From: Octopus sinensis
Taxonomy: Eukaryota
DNA length: 37,712 nt
NCBI RefSeq assembly: GCF_006345805.1
Contig: NW_021832322.1
Span: 1 to 37,712 of the forward strand
Direction: 5' to 3'
The translations under genes and the position numbers were made by a program. This document shows positions 24,747 to 36,486 of this stretch, piece after piece. The notes beneath the pieces were generated by a model, which was given only the letters and a program-made list of their open reading frames with translations, had not been told where the DNA came from and ran no database searches. The stretch's first letter is position 1; every line of letters starts with the position of its first letter.

Positions 24747-24779
<33 letters not shown>

Positions 24780-24857
24780 CGTGTACATTAGAGCACATTA
24801 AGAGGCTTCCAAGAAGACCACAGGTAATAATAATTTCTATAATTCTTATTACCCTAA

Positions 24858-24893
<36 letters not shown>

Positions 24894-24904
24894 CAGAGAG
24901 AGAA

Positions 24905-24936
<32 letters not shown>

Positions 24937-25029
24937 CAGAGAGAGAACAAGAAGTAATATATGTCTTTTATTATAGAAACAAACGGGTTTATAGAATTGC
25001 AAAAGAAATGCTCAAATATAAATGAGCCG

Positions 25030-25116
25030 AAAGAAGCATTGGTTATAGAACAATATTAAATATAGGTCAAAGTCTTCGACCCAATTTAACGTTTGTTCTA
25101 TAACCAATACTTCTTT
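25030..25116. repeat. 87-nt hairpin with 23-bp arms (mini-MITE or pre-miRNA-like)
   Basis: aaagaagcattggttatagaaca (25030-25052) pairs with tgttctataaccaatacttcttt (25094-25116) at 22 of 23 positions. Inner ttaaat/atttaa and ggtc/gacc also pair. Confidence 0.8.
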
Positions 25117-25150
25117 ATACACGCGCACACACACACACATACATACATAC

Positions 25151-25231
<81 letters not shown>

Positions 25232-25464
25232 GAGTGTGTAGGGGGTAGCAGCGCTGAACAACGATGCAATATATACAGATTCAAATGTTGAAATGTGCTT
25301 CAGGCATATTCGAACCCTTAACGAAGCCATTCACTGTATTCGGCCGGAGAATAATTTCTCGTTCGAGACAAATAGGTGTAAACAGACCCAGTTAGTTCCC
25401 CTTCCCTCCCTCACCTGACTCTATATGCATATAATATATATACGCACATACACACAGACACATA

Positions 25465-25498
<34 letters not shown>

Positions 25499-25500
<2 letters not shown>

Positions 25501-25645
25501 GGAGTAAACACATAAATGTGAAACAAGGTGGAAAAAAAGAGTACTCAAATACCAGGGGTAGAGTAATATGCTTTATTTAAAAGCAGCAGAAATTCAACAA
25601 AACCTGTTACTCGAAGTCTCACGTTCCCGTTCGTCGGACAGTTTT
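25499..25645 (-). mobile_element. Repeat family B, copy 2, with hammerhead-like motif at 25599-25645
   Basis: Minus strand: AAAACUGU CCGACGA ACG-GGAA-CGU GAGA CU-UCG-AG UA ACAG G UUUU. C3 is intact but GAAA is changed to GAGA. Flanked by (TA)n. Confidence 0.75.
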
Positions 25646-25685
25646 AAATAAAGTATATATATATATATCCTTTAAAAAAATCCTT

Positions 25686-26014
25686 AAAAATGTTTTAGCC
25701 CGAAGGCTGCGGCCATGCTGGGGCACCACCGATGAATGAGCTACACTAATATGTGAATCCACCTCTGATACATGACACTTGATCAACAAGGTAGTTCGAT
25801 GCTGCTGCCCGCATCTGCGTCTCCTGTCGTGAGGTAGGTTCATCTGGGACTCCCAACAAGAAGAGATCCAGTTAGTTTTAAAGAAACCCACATCCACATC
25901 ATGTAAGTCTCTCAGGCATTTAGGGAGGATGTTAAAGAGGTGTGGTCTTCTGAAACCCAAGTTGTTGCAGTATCTGGTCCTGTATTTTGATGGTGATGTT
26001 GGAATCTTTGGCCC
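25686..26014 (-). mobile_element. CR1/L2-group LINE, 5'-truncated 3' end (ORF2 C-terminus plus 3' UTR)
   Basis: Reads [46 protein letters not shown], cf. the recalled pattern NS...RGP.LFN.LP..IR.......FK..LD. A frameshift follows, then a 3' UTR ending GGTGCCCCAGCATGGCCG CAGCC-TTCG-GGCTA AAAC. Confidence 0.75.
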
Positions 26015-26055
<41 letters not shown>

Positions 26056-26162
26056 GTATGGATGTATGTATGTATATACGTGTCTATACACGTAAAAATA
26101 CAACGCACATACATATATATGAATGTATATATACACCACACAGATATATATATTCTATATAT

Positions 26163-26217
<55 letters not shown>

Positions 26218-27407
26218 TCATACACATAAATTATCTCCACTGTTCGTAATAACGAGGCAGCTGCTCATGTCCTTAGATTGACAATCTGAACATCTAATCA
26301 TTATTACAAGACTATGAGTATGCTTATATCTAAATATATATAAATACGCGAAAACAGCAGCAAAGCGATGAAAGTATCTTTATCAGCATGGTGTATCAAA
26401 TTATAATTGGACTCGATTGTCTCTTTACTGTAATTAATTTTTGCAGATATCCATCATAGTATTGTCATCAGTTGTTATTGCCTCTAAGTCTATAGACATT
26501 ATTTAAAATAAATATCTCTATTGTTATTTCATACACACAATTGTCTATTTACTATAATTAATTTTTACAGATATCACGCATGATATTTCCTCTGTTTGTT
26601 GTTATTGCCGTTAAGTATGTAGATATTTAATTATGGGAAATATATGTATTTTTACTTGATAACTACTCAGACGAACAGACAGAAAGACACACACACAGAC
26701 ACATAGCGGCAAGTGCACACACATGTGTTTGTATACACACACACACACACCCTCATATGTACATATATATATATGTATGTATATATGTATATATATATGT
26801 ATTATATATATATATAGATAATATATATTATATTTATATATAATTATAAACGTGTGTATATACATACATACAACATACATACATATATACATATATATAT
26901 ATCATATATATTATATATATAATAGATATATATATATATGTATGTATATATGTATGTATGTATGTATTATGTATGTATGTATGTATATACACACGTTTAT
27001 AATTATATATAAACACATGCACTTGTAGGCACTTTAAAAAATATTGAGAAGTGGTTTTGTAAGTGAGACCACGTGCAGAAGACATTTGATGAGTAAAATG
27101 AGCAAAGCACTTATTCTTCACATAGAATAATGGTTAAATGTGCCGTGTAATAGTTTCAATTTCACATAATTCTCTTACGTTTTCTGAGCCACTTGCAAAT
27201 CGTTGAGATTTTCGCGGTTCGTAGATAAGATGTTCTTTAATCAATCCGATGCGAATGTTCGATCACTGACGGGCTTTGTTTTGTAGAATCAAAAGCGTCG
27301 AAAATATTTTGGCAAATTAAGTTTAAATGTTGAAGTGAATCTAACGGTTTTGTGCGTTTCTTAAATGGCATATAAACACCTTCCACGCTGCAGTTGTTTA
27401 TATATAT

Positions 27408-27584
27408 AATATTCTATAATTATATGCATATTTATAATCAGGTGTCAGCTAAGTGCTCCGCCACGTTGAATTAGAAATAGAATTAGAAAATAGAAATAGA
27501 ATTAGAAACAGAAATAGAATTCTGTACTAGGCGAGGCACTTAGCTGACCCTTGATTATAATTATGTATATAATTATGGAATATT
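27408..27584. mobile_element. MITE-like foldback element with 55-bp inverted arms and a (TAGAAA/TAGAAT)n spacer
   Basis: 27408-27462 aatattctataattatatgcatatttataatcaggtgtcagctaagtgctccgcc matches the reverse complement of 27530-27584 with about 7 mismatches. Confidence 0.75.
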
Positions 27585-27900
27585 TTGTATAATTCACCTA
27601 AAATTAAGGCTACAAATGGTTTCTTAAAATTAGGAAAGTATATTTGTGGCTCAACAATTTTTCAAGACGCTCTGGTTTTCAAGATGGAAGCGAACACTTT
27701 TCTGTATGTAATTGGTTTGGAAAATTGTTAAGACACCAGGATATTATCCTACTTCATTTAACATGAAACCAATGGTAGCCTTAATTCAAAAATAAAGAAA
27801 TTATATCCACCAATGTAGTTTTGAACGCTCATTTCCATCGTTTACGCATTTACGCATACAAACACACACACACAGTTCAACTTCATGTGTAGAATAATAT

Positions 27901-28259
<359 letters not shown>

Positions 28260-28679
28260 TTATTGTATTTATCACCATCGTAGCCATCGTCATCGGCATC
28301 ACCATTATTAAGTTTATATATAAGACTATTGCGCTTAGCCTATTTATATGCGTCACAATTAATACAGTTCCGCTCTATGTTAGCATTGAGCATTCTGTGT
28401 ACAATAACTTAAGAAAATATATTGTCATAAAATATAATAAATATTTTTTTACTATCACATGTAGACAGCACACATTTTATGTCTCAAAAGCCATCTTCAT
28501 AAAAGACACTTGGCAACACAAGTAGCATTTTCAGTTTGTATTTTTACTAAAGAAGGAAGTCAAAGTCCGATTTAAAGAAAAATAAATTGATGAAAAAGTG
28601 CAGAAGAAATATTTATACTTTAGCAAGTTGCTAAGATATGACCATCTAAAAGCACAAGAAAAGAAATACGAAAGCACAT

Positions 28680-28843
28680 ACACCTCCCCGCGCGCACAAA
28701 CAGACACACACACGCACACACATACACACATACACACAAACACACACACATACATACACACACACACACGCACGTACAGATGTAGGCTTATGTTTATAAG
28801 CATATAATATCATCCTGCATATATATACATATATACTTATATA

Positions 28844-28908
<65 letters not shown>

Positions 28909-29050
28909 GAGAGAGATTGATAGAGATATATATATATACATATATATACACACATATACATATTGTTATATATGTATGTATATACATATATATATATCTG
29001 TATATACATATATACCTATATATACGTATATATACATATGTATATATATG

Positions 29051-29110
<60 letters not shown>

Positions 29111-29238
29111 AGATATATATAATAGAAATATTAAAATAACTAAGTCTCTCTAAAAGAGAACAGCGCAGCGTTCCCGGAAAATAATAGTTATCGCCATACT
29201 AATAATATGGCATTCTTATAAAAATAACTATTATATAT

Positions 29239-29291
<53 letters not shown>

Positions 29292-29350
29292 TATATATAA
29301 TATATATAATATATATATATATATTGCATATATATATGTATATATGTATA
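28680..29350. repeat. Compound (CA)n/(TA)n/(GA)n microsatellite field. Similar fields lie at about 1440-1515, 2473-2551, 6265-6580, 9105-9520, 14540-14700, 24565-24960, 25125-25230, 26015-26225, 26680-27010, 34925-35090 and 35345-35720.
   Basis: Directly visible. Confidence 0.95.
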
Positions 29351-29559
29351 CATACTAATCTTCTCATTAGTAAACGAGACATACCTAAACTCATAAATCT
29401 AATCTCTCCATCATCCTTATACTTATTATATCCACCTCAAAGTATGAACAGATAGAGATCGCATTTATTAACAAATAAAAATCGAACAAACCCCAAATAA
29501 TATACCACTATTAACCCTTCAGACAAAAAATTATTAGAAAGTATGTATGTATGTATATA

Positions 29560-29594
<35 letters not shown>

Positions 29595-29858
29595 ATAATA
29601 TTATAGTATATTCATTATATATTATATATTATATACATTTTTAAATTTTATAGTTTTTATATTTTGTATATTATATTAATTATTTTTATTTTTGTTTTAG
29701 GTTATTTTTTTCACTGTTTGATTTGACTAATAGTGATCTTATCTCTAATTTAATGTATATATATATATATATATATACATTAAATTTTATATATATATAT
29801 ATATATATATATGTGTATATATACTCCATACACTACAAGAAGTCTTCCTTTCTTTGAC

Positions 29859-30080
29859 GAGTACATGTGACATGTATGAAAGTAAGAAAGTGAAGAATGT
29901 TGGAGTGTGACAAATTGATTGACGGAAGACTTCAACACACACACAGGCGCACACGGACACACATACACATGCATATACATACATTGTATATGAATGTGTG
30001 TGTTGAATGTCCTCCGTCAATCAACTTGTCACACTCCGACATTCTTCACTTTCTTATTTTCATACAGGTCACATGTACTC
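29859..30080. mobile_element. MITE-like foldback element with arms of about 86 bp
   Basis: 29859-29944 matches the reverse complement of 29995-30080 with about 6 differences. The ORF track shows near-identical peptides on opposite strands (SSVNQFVTLQHSSLSYFHT and SSVNQLVTLRHSSLSYFHT). Confidence 0.85.
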
Positions 30081-30577
30081 CATTTTGTATTTATGTATTT
30101 ATATATGTATGCATATATCTATCTATCTATATATATCTATATATATACATAGACATATATATACATATACATATATATATACATATACATATATATACAT
30201 ACATATATATATATATATATGTATGTATATATATGTGAATGCACACATACCTAACACACTCAACCTCAGGTACATAAATACACACGCACATACACCCACA
30301 GGCAGAATATATACAAGCACACACACACTTATATACACCCGCACACACATACTTCAAGGTACCAGTTAAACACCTTTCTAGTGACCATACCCCTACACAC
30401 ACGTGAAGAGACACCCAAGTACACAAAAAACAGATACTGCTACTATTAAATTTTTCCTACAACAGTAAGCGACATGAAGTTCACTCACACATACACATAC
30501 ACACAGCAAAATCCACATACACACACACACACAACACATGCACACAAATACACACACTCTCTTGTCTTAAAAATATT

Positions 30578-30800
30578 TCTTCACCGATTCCCTTCCGGTC
30601 ATTTCAAAATGTAACCACATGTGAATCGTTGGCGATTTTCTTCCTCGGTCTTTCCTTCTCTGGGACTTTCCTCTGTTTCCGAAGAAGAGCATCTGCTCAA
30701 AACTTTAAACCATTTTTCTTTTTTCCCTGAGCGTCTGGTAATATATTAACTACAACACTTCCTCACGTTGATGTTTTTTGCGTTTGTTCTTTTTGGATTT
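30578..30800 (+). mobile_element. Repeat family A, copy 4 (old), with decayed hammerhead-like motif at 30675-30710
   Basis: GTTT CCGAAGA A GAGC-ATCT-GCTC AAAA CTTT AAAC. Stems I and II are kept, but G12 and stem III are mutated. Shares the upstream extension tcttcacc...ccttccggtc with copy 1. Confidence 0.7.
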
Positions 30801-30804
30801 ACTA

Positions 30805-30875
<71 letters not shown>

Positions 30876-30902
30876 AATAAATACATATATATATATTGTT
30901 TT

Positions 30903-30946
30903 ATTCTTGTGTTTCAGCTTTAAAGCCGCTGTCACCCTGGGGCACC
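30903..30946 (-). mobile_element. 5'-truncated LINE/SINE 3' tail
   Basis: Minus strand: GGTGCCCCAGGGTGACAG CGGCT-TTAA-AGCTG AAAC. Confidence 0.55.
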
Positions 30947-31008
30947 AATATGTGTATATATACATATGTCCGTACATATATTTATTTTTATACCTACATG
31001 CGTACATG

Positions 31009-31046
<38 letters not shown>

Positions 31047-31746
31047 GTGTTTGTGAGCGTGTATACATATACATACACTTATCTATATGTGGACGTATGT
31101 CTGTATAGACACACACCTACATAATACATAAATATATATATATATACATGCATACATATATATATATATATATATATACGTATGTATGTATGCATGTATG
31201 GGTGTATAGCAATAATTCCCTATTTTTAGCGTACTATGCTTTATGACTTGTTAAAATTATTTTGACACATCGCCAAAAAACCTGATTGCATTTTCTAGGC
31301 GGATCGTGTCGGAAAGGTTTGAAAATAGCCAATCTGTAAAAAGTCCAAAATAATTGTGAAAAGCAGAATTCCGATTCCAATGTAATTTGTCGAAGAAAAG
31401 CAGAGATGTTAAGCGTGCAATGTATGTAATGTAACTTTTGGCTAGGGCTCCAAATTCGATCTTAAGGAAGGACAAATTTACATAAACGAATAAAGCGAAG
31501 AACAAAATGGCTGCCACTTCAGTAATGTGAAAATGGTCACGGTGTAATATTGTACGTAACTTTATGCTTAAGTAGAAAAGATGGATAGGCTATGAAACTG
31601 ATTCTATAAATCTTTTATTTAGACTTCCACGAGCCAATGCGACTTTCTATATGTGGGAATTGTAGAACTAAGTGCCAATTTTCTCACTAATTACACCTTT
31701 ACCATTATGTGTGTCTGTGTGTGTGTGTAGCTTTTTTCTGTGTATG

Positions 31747-31915
31747 CTTTACTTAATACAGTCATTGGATTGCAGCCATACTGAGGAACCATCATCAATG
31801 GTTTTAACCGCACAATGTGACCCCGGTACTTATGTTTTCAAGTCTGGTACTAATACCATCGGTTTATTTTGCTAGTAATCTAAGTTACGGTGATAGAAAC
31901 AAACCAACATGGTGG
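31747..31915 (-). mobile_element. SINE family 3, old 3' portion
   Basis: Degenerate homolog of 19348-19500 (cagtcatt.ga..gcagccat...gacccc.gtacttatg...aagt.tggtact...ctaagttacgg). Confidence 0.65.
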
Positions 31916-32103
31916 GGGACTAACGCAAACACAAAGACACACACGCACACAAATGCATAAGTACACATACACACACATGTGTTCACACAAATGTAAATAT
32001 ATAATGTAAATGCAAATGGTATTTAATATTTATCATAGTTGTTTCAGCAGCATTTTATTAATGTGTTCACAGGCAATTATCTCATGATATCTAAATCCAT
32101 AGC

Positions 32104-32236
32104 GGTCTTTTTCAGTCTCCGTTTACCAACTTCTCTCACAAGGCTCTGGCCGGCCCCGAGGCTATAGCAGAAGACACTTGCCCGTAACCATGTGGTTGGT
32201 AAGCAAGCTTCTTACAACACAATTACGCCTGCACCT
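32104..32236 (-). mobile_element. tRNA-derived SINE family 2 copy with internal deletion
   Basis: Minus strand: ...gtgttgtaagaagcttgcttaccaaccacatggtt/cgggcaagtgtcttctgctatagcctcgggg..ccagagccttgtgagag...ggtaaacggagactgaaaaagacc. A related degenerate head lies at 33361-33460 (+). Confidence 0.75.
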
Positions 32237-32242
32237 GCCTAG

Positions 32243-32330
<88 letters not shown>
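32243..32330. repeat. (TATC)n microsatellite
   Basis: Directly visible. Confidence 0.95.
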
Positions 32331-32429
32331 AATATAAATGATGAACTGTTTTCATTTCTCATCTGTCAAGCCAATTCACTAGCTTCCAAAGTTTTATTTC
32401 AGCTCGAGACTATTACAGAAGACACTCCA

Positions 32430-33263
32430 TACTGAAGATTAGGTCTTTTCTCTTGAATAGCGGTGTGAAGTTTCGCGTTGACCGTTTGATTCCGTTCAGG
32501 CAATTTGTAATAAATAATCCCTTCTCTGTCCCACAACATCGTTTTACGTAGATGAAGATCTTGACGCTTGTCTACCGGGGTTAAGCCATCCCTTACGGTG
32601 CTTCATATTGATGTACAGACACCATTTTTCATTGCCAGCAACGATTCGGTAAATAAATCGTTGCTTGTGTCCATGAGTTGAGCGGTGACGAGCAAGCAAA
32701 CCAGCGGAGATTGTGACTGGTTGATATTTGTTGTTGTCACTTAAAGCATGCGGAACCCACGCTCCATACTTCTGAACCTTTCCCATCGAGTGAAGATGCT
32801 TCTCTAAAGCAGTCTGGGAGCATTCCATTTTCTCTGTCAGTTCCCTTGTCTTTTGACGAGGATTTTCATGCAAAAGTTGGTTTAATCACACTTCATCGAA
32901 CTCAACTGGACGGCCAGAACGAGTTGCGTCATTGAGGTCAAAATTTCCATTTTTGCACTTTGCACACCAATCACGAGCGGTTCTTTCAGCTATGGCACCC
33001 TCTCCATGCACAGCATAAATGTCGCGAGCAGCTTTCGCAGCCTTAGAAACTTGATTAAAAGCAAAAAGCAGGAGGTGTCGAACATGGTCATTTTTCTTTA
33101 CTTGACGTTCCGTTTTAATGATCAGAAAATAAAAACAAATTAAGTAAAATTAACTGGAAAGAAAAACAACAAAAAACAAACAAAAACAAAATAGATTCCA
33201 AAATGATTCAAAAATAGAATTCTCGAAAAAAAACAAATTCCAACTTAGTTGCCAACTCAGTAA
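32430..33263 (-). mobile_element. Mariner-family DNA transposon remnant 2: 5' TIR plus transposase pseudogene, 3'-truncated
   Basis: From an ACG (mutated start) at 33113 it reads ERQVKKNDHVRHLLLFAFNQ...DLNDATRSGRPVEFDEV*LNQLLHENPRQKTREL...GAWVPHALS...RIVAGNEKWCLYIN, then DLHLRKTML/WDREGIIYY after deletions. WVPHAL is the mariner WVPHEL motif, and GNEKW is the decayed first catalytic D (GDEKW). The TIR-like sequence TACTGAGTTGGCAACTAAGTTG lies at 33262-33241. Confidence 0.9.
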
Positions 33264-33469
33264 CAAAACATAACTTCCACCGATCAGTGATGGCTTTTCT
33301 GAGTTTCTTCTCTCAGCTGTCTACATTCACGAACGCGCCCAATTATACAGATCTGAAAATAGCAGCTATGTGGTGAATTGGTTTCCTTTATAACGAGACG
33401 CTTGCAGGTTCAGTCTCACAGTGCAGCACCTCGGCCTCGTGTTTTCTACTATAACCCGAGATTTCCCAA

Positions 33470-33775
33470 TCAGCGGGGTTTATAATATAAATATGTGCTA
33501 AAGCTCTCATAAACTTTTTTTTTATTTTTACGAATTTTTAGAAAGATTTTTGGATTCTGTCTTCTGCATAATGGAATTATAAAAACGAAAACAAAAACGA
33601 AAAAAATATTAAATCCGTCCACACCGTTTCTTTCTTACTTTTTTTTTTGGCATAATCGTATTAATTGGATCATGCAGAAGACAGAACCAAAGAAAACCGT
33701 AAAAATTTGTAAGAAAATCAAAAAAAAAAAAATTATGAGAGGTTTTAGCGCGCTCTTACATCATAACTCCGCTGA
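33470..33775. mobile_element. MITE-like foldback element with arms of about 100 bp
   Basis: 33470-33569 (tcagcggggtt...gctaaagctctcataa...ttctgtcttctgcat) aligns with the reverse complement of 33672-33775 (atgcagaagacagaa...ttatgagaggttttagc...aactccgctga). Confidence 0.75.
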
Positions 33776-33902
33776 ACAATGTCTTGTGAATAAATATTGC
33801 GAACGGACAATTGGCGGACTTACATGTGTATGTGTGGTGGGAGGGGGGATATCTATATACAGAGAGAGCGTATGTGTGTGTATTTGTGATTCACCTCCTA
33901 GT

Positions 33903-34090
33903 GATTGACAACCGATGCTAGTTTGTTTACGTCCCCGTAAAATAGAAAGCGTTTCATCAAACGTAGGCAAATGAATACCAGACGGAGAAAATAATTTGGT
34001 ACTGTGGGTTGGGTGGGGGATTAATCGATTAAATTCTTCAAGTTGTGCCGCATCATGGCCGCAGTCCGATGAGTGTAACGAGTAAAAAGT
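33903..34090 (+). mobile_element. SINE family 3, old 3' portion
   Basis: ttgacaaccgatgctagtttgtttacgtccccgtaa...catggccg CAGTC-CGAT-GAGTG taac. Reverse orientation relative to 19348-19500. Confidence 0.65.
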
Positions 34091-34590
34091 ATTCATAGAT
34101 AACAGCAGTTGATATTTAATTGCGTGGCTATGGTAAAACCTTCACTTATGAATATAATAATATGAATTGTGCGGAGACTTTAATCATAAGAATGTATCCC
34201 TGTTAATAGATATGAGATTAGCAAATGCTGCAGCTAATATGGGGCTATTAGTCATACTAGAAATAGCAGTAGAATCTCTCTGTAAGCTCATCGTATATTT
34301 TAAAATAATGAAGTATATATTTGAGAATTTAACTGAAGGTATGCACAAATGTACGTTGCTAAGGCCTGGAGCTGCTCTGAATCGAAGAAATTCTCAATTA
34401 TTGATGACGTGTCTGAAGAAAAAGATAAAAACAAAAAGGAAAAGTATTGACAAAAACGAATCTTAAATTTTTACGTAACATGTTATTCTAAGACAAAACT
34501 AGCAGAAACATACAAAATCAGAAGCACGTGCATACGCATGTACATATAAAGATATATATATATATATATATATATAATAATTATATATAT

Positions 34591-34807
34591 ATATAATAAA
34601 AAGGTACAAGCACAGGTTTGCTTGACCGCATACAGATAACCACCAAGACTTCGTTTTCGTTATCTATTCCTTCTGTTTTGCATATGTGAATTACAGGGTT
34701 TGTCGTGCCCGGAGTCCCCACTTGATAAAAATAAGCATTCTTGACTGCTATTTCTATTTTTTCGGTATGCGGTCAAGCACCTGTTGCTTGTCCCCTTTTT
34801 CTTATAT
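34591..34807. mobile_element. MITE-like element with terminal inverted repeats of about 43 bp
   Basis: atataataaaaaggtacaagcacaggtttgcttgaccgcatac (34591-34633) aligns with the reverse complement of 34765-34807 (atataagaaaaaggggacaagcaacaggtgcttgaccgcatac). Confidence 0.75.
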
Positions 34808-34969
34808 ACAATATATATACTGAACTTTACAGAAGTTCCTGCCGGTAATCGGCTATATTTACCATACCGAATTCTACCATAAATAAATTGTGGTTTTTTT
34901 AAAAACCTTTATAGAATTATTTACTCTATTATATATATATTATATATATATATATATATATTTATATAT

Positions 34970-35006
<37 letters not shown>

Positions 35007-35246
35007 CTATATACATATACATATACACATATATTATATACTCATATATATACATATAATAAATATATATATATATATATATATCATACATAACAAAGAG
35101 GAGTCAGCTCTTGTTTAGTCGTGGTTGTAGATAGTTAAGAAAAACAAATATGTAAAAACGCACCGGAGGTTTGTATAATAAGATTTATGCTAGTATTAAG
35201 AGCATAATGAAACAAAAGGTTGTATTACAACACTATATAATGAACT

Positions 35247-35285
35247 GGGAGTGCCGGTTTCGCGTCTTACGCTTATCAAGCTTCC
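35247..35285 (-). ncRNA. Hammerhead-like motif with U3-A8 compensatory core (family C, single copy, probably decayed)
   Basis: Minus strand: GGAAGC UUGAUAA GCGU-AAG-ACGC GAAA CCGG CA CUCCC. Stem II is perfect and stem III is palindromic (CCGG), but U16.1 is absent and stem I is out of register. Confidence 0.45.
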
Positions 35286-35340
35286 TAAGGCCCAGTTATA
35301 ACTCATGGGAACACCATTTTTGTTGTCAATATTTTTCTTT

Positions 35341-35391
<51 letters not shown>

Positions 35392-35554
35392 GTGTATATT
35401 TTCTAGATGTGTAATTTAATTGTTCATCTTGAATTGATAAATGGTGTTTTGTTTCTAATTCTCATATATATATTATTTTGTGTTTTTTTTATTTAGTATT
35501 TCTAAATTGAATTTTTCCTTGTTAGTTAGGAATAATATTCCCTCAAGTTACTAC

Positions 35555-35586
<32 letters not shown>

Positions 35587-36400
35587 ATATGTATGTATGT
35601 ATTATATATGTATGTTATGTATTATATATGTATGTATGTATTATATATATATGTATGTATTATATATATATTTATGTATGTATGTAAGTATATACTAAGA
35701 TGGATAGATAGATAAATCGATAGATGAGATTGTGCGTGTGGAGGTTTAGGCGGAGAGGCTTGTTATCCGTAATGTCAAGGCGACAACATCCAGACGTAGA
35801 CGAAATTTCACACTTCACAAGTTAATATAATCATGTCTGTCATCAACAAGAATCAAGCCTCCTATGTTAAAAGATAAATTCCGCCGAGGTCTTTGATAAG
35901 TTCATTATCCAGTTTGAAAGATATCTCCGACTGATGAAGCCAGATGAGAACGATAAATTGGATTTATTTCTAATAAGTGTGGGAAAGACTGCAGCCGACT
36001 GCTGCAATAAAATAGAGTGTCATGAAATTACACAAGACGAGGCTGAAGATGGCCGTGTTGGCTATTCAACTGAGAAAAACAATTGCATCTAAATCTTTTG
36101 AGCAACAAAAATATACTCAGTCAGCGAATAAAACGAAATTCATTAATACAGCTTCGACACACTATTAATAGATTTATGAATTCTTTTTTCTGCTCTCCAA
36201 AATATTTTAGATTTCATATACTGTTTGCAATACAGGAACACGACAATAATTAGAGGTGATGTTCTGCCAAGGTATACTTAGACATAACGATCGAAACACC
36301 TCCATAGGTTAGCGTTGTCTCATAAAGTTGAATGCTGTTTCTACTGATCGCGTGGAATAGTCCATTATTATCGTTAGGGTTGTAGAATACTGTAGAGACG

Positions 36401-36486
36401 AGTAGCTTAGTGGTGAGTGTGTTGGACTCGTGATCATAAGATTGTGGTTTCGATTCTTAGAGCAACGATGCGTTGCGTTCTTGAGC
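36401..36486 (+). mobile_element. tRNA-like head of a further SINE family (degenerate)
   Basis: A-box-like tagcttagtggt, B-box-like ggtttcgattc, then gcgttgcgttcttgagc. Confidence 0.5.

Noticed and set aside
34167-34466. GDFN motif suggesting a LINE apurinic endonuclease
   Set aside because: It is only a 4-residue match, with stops just upstream and no other APE motifs.
35930-36070. CTGATGA (about 35931) and CTGAAGA (about 36043) canonical core strings
   Set aside because: Neither is followed by a stem II and a correctly placed GAAA.
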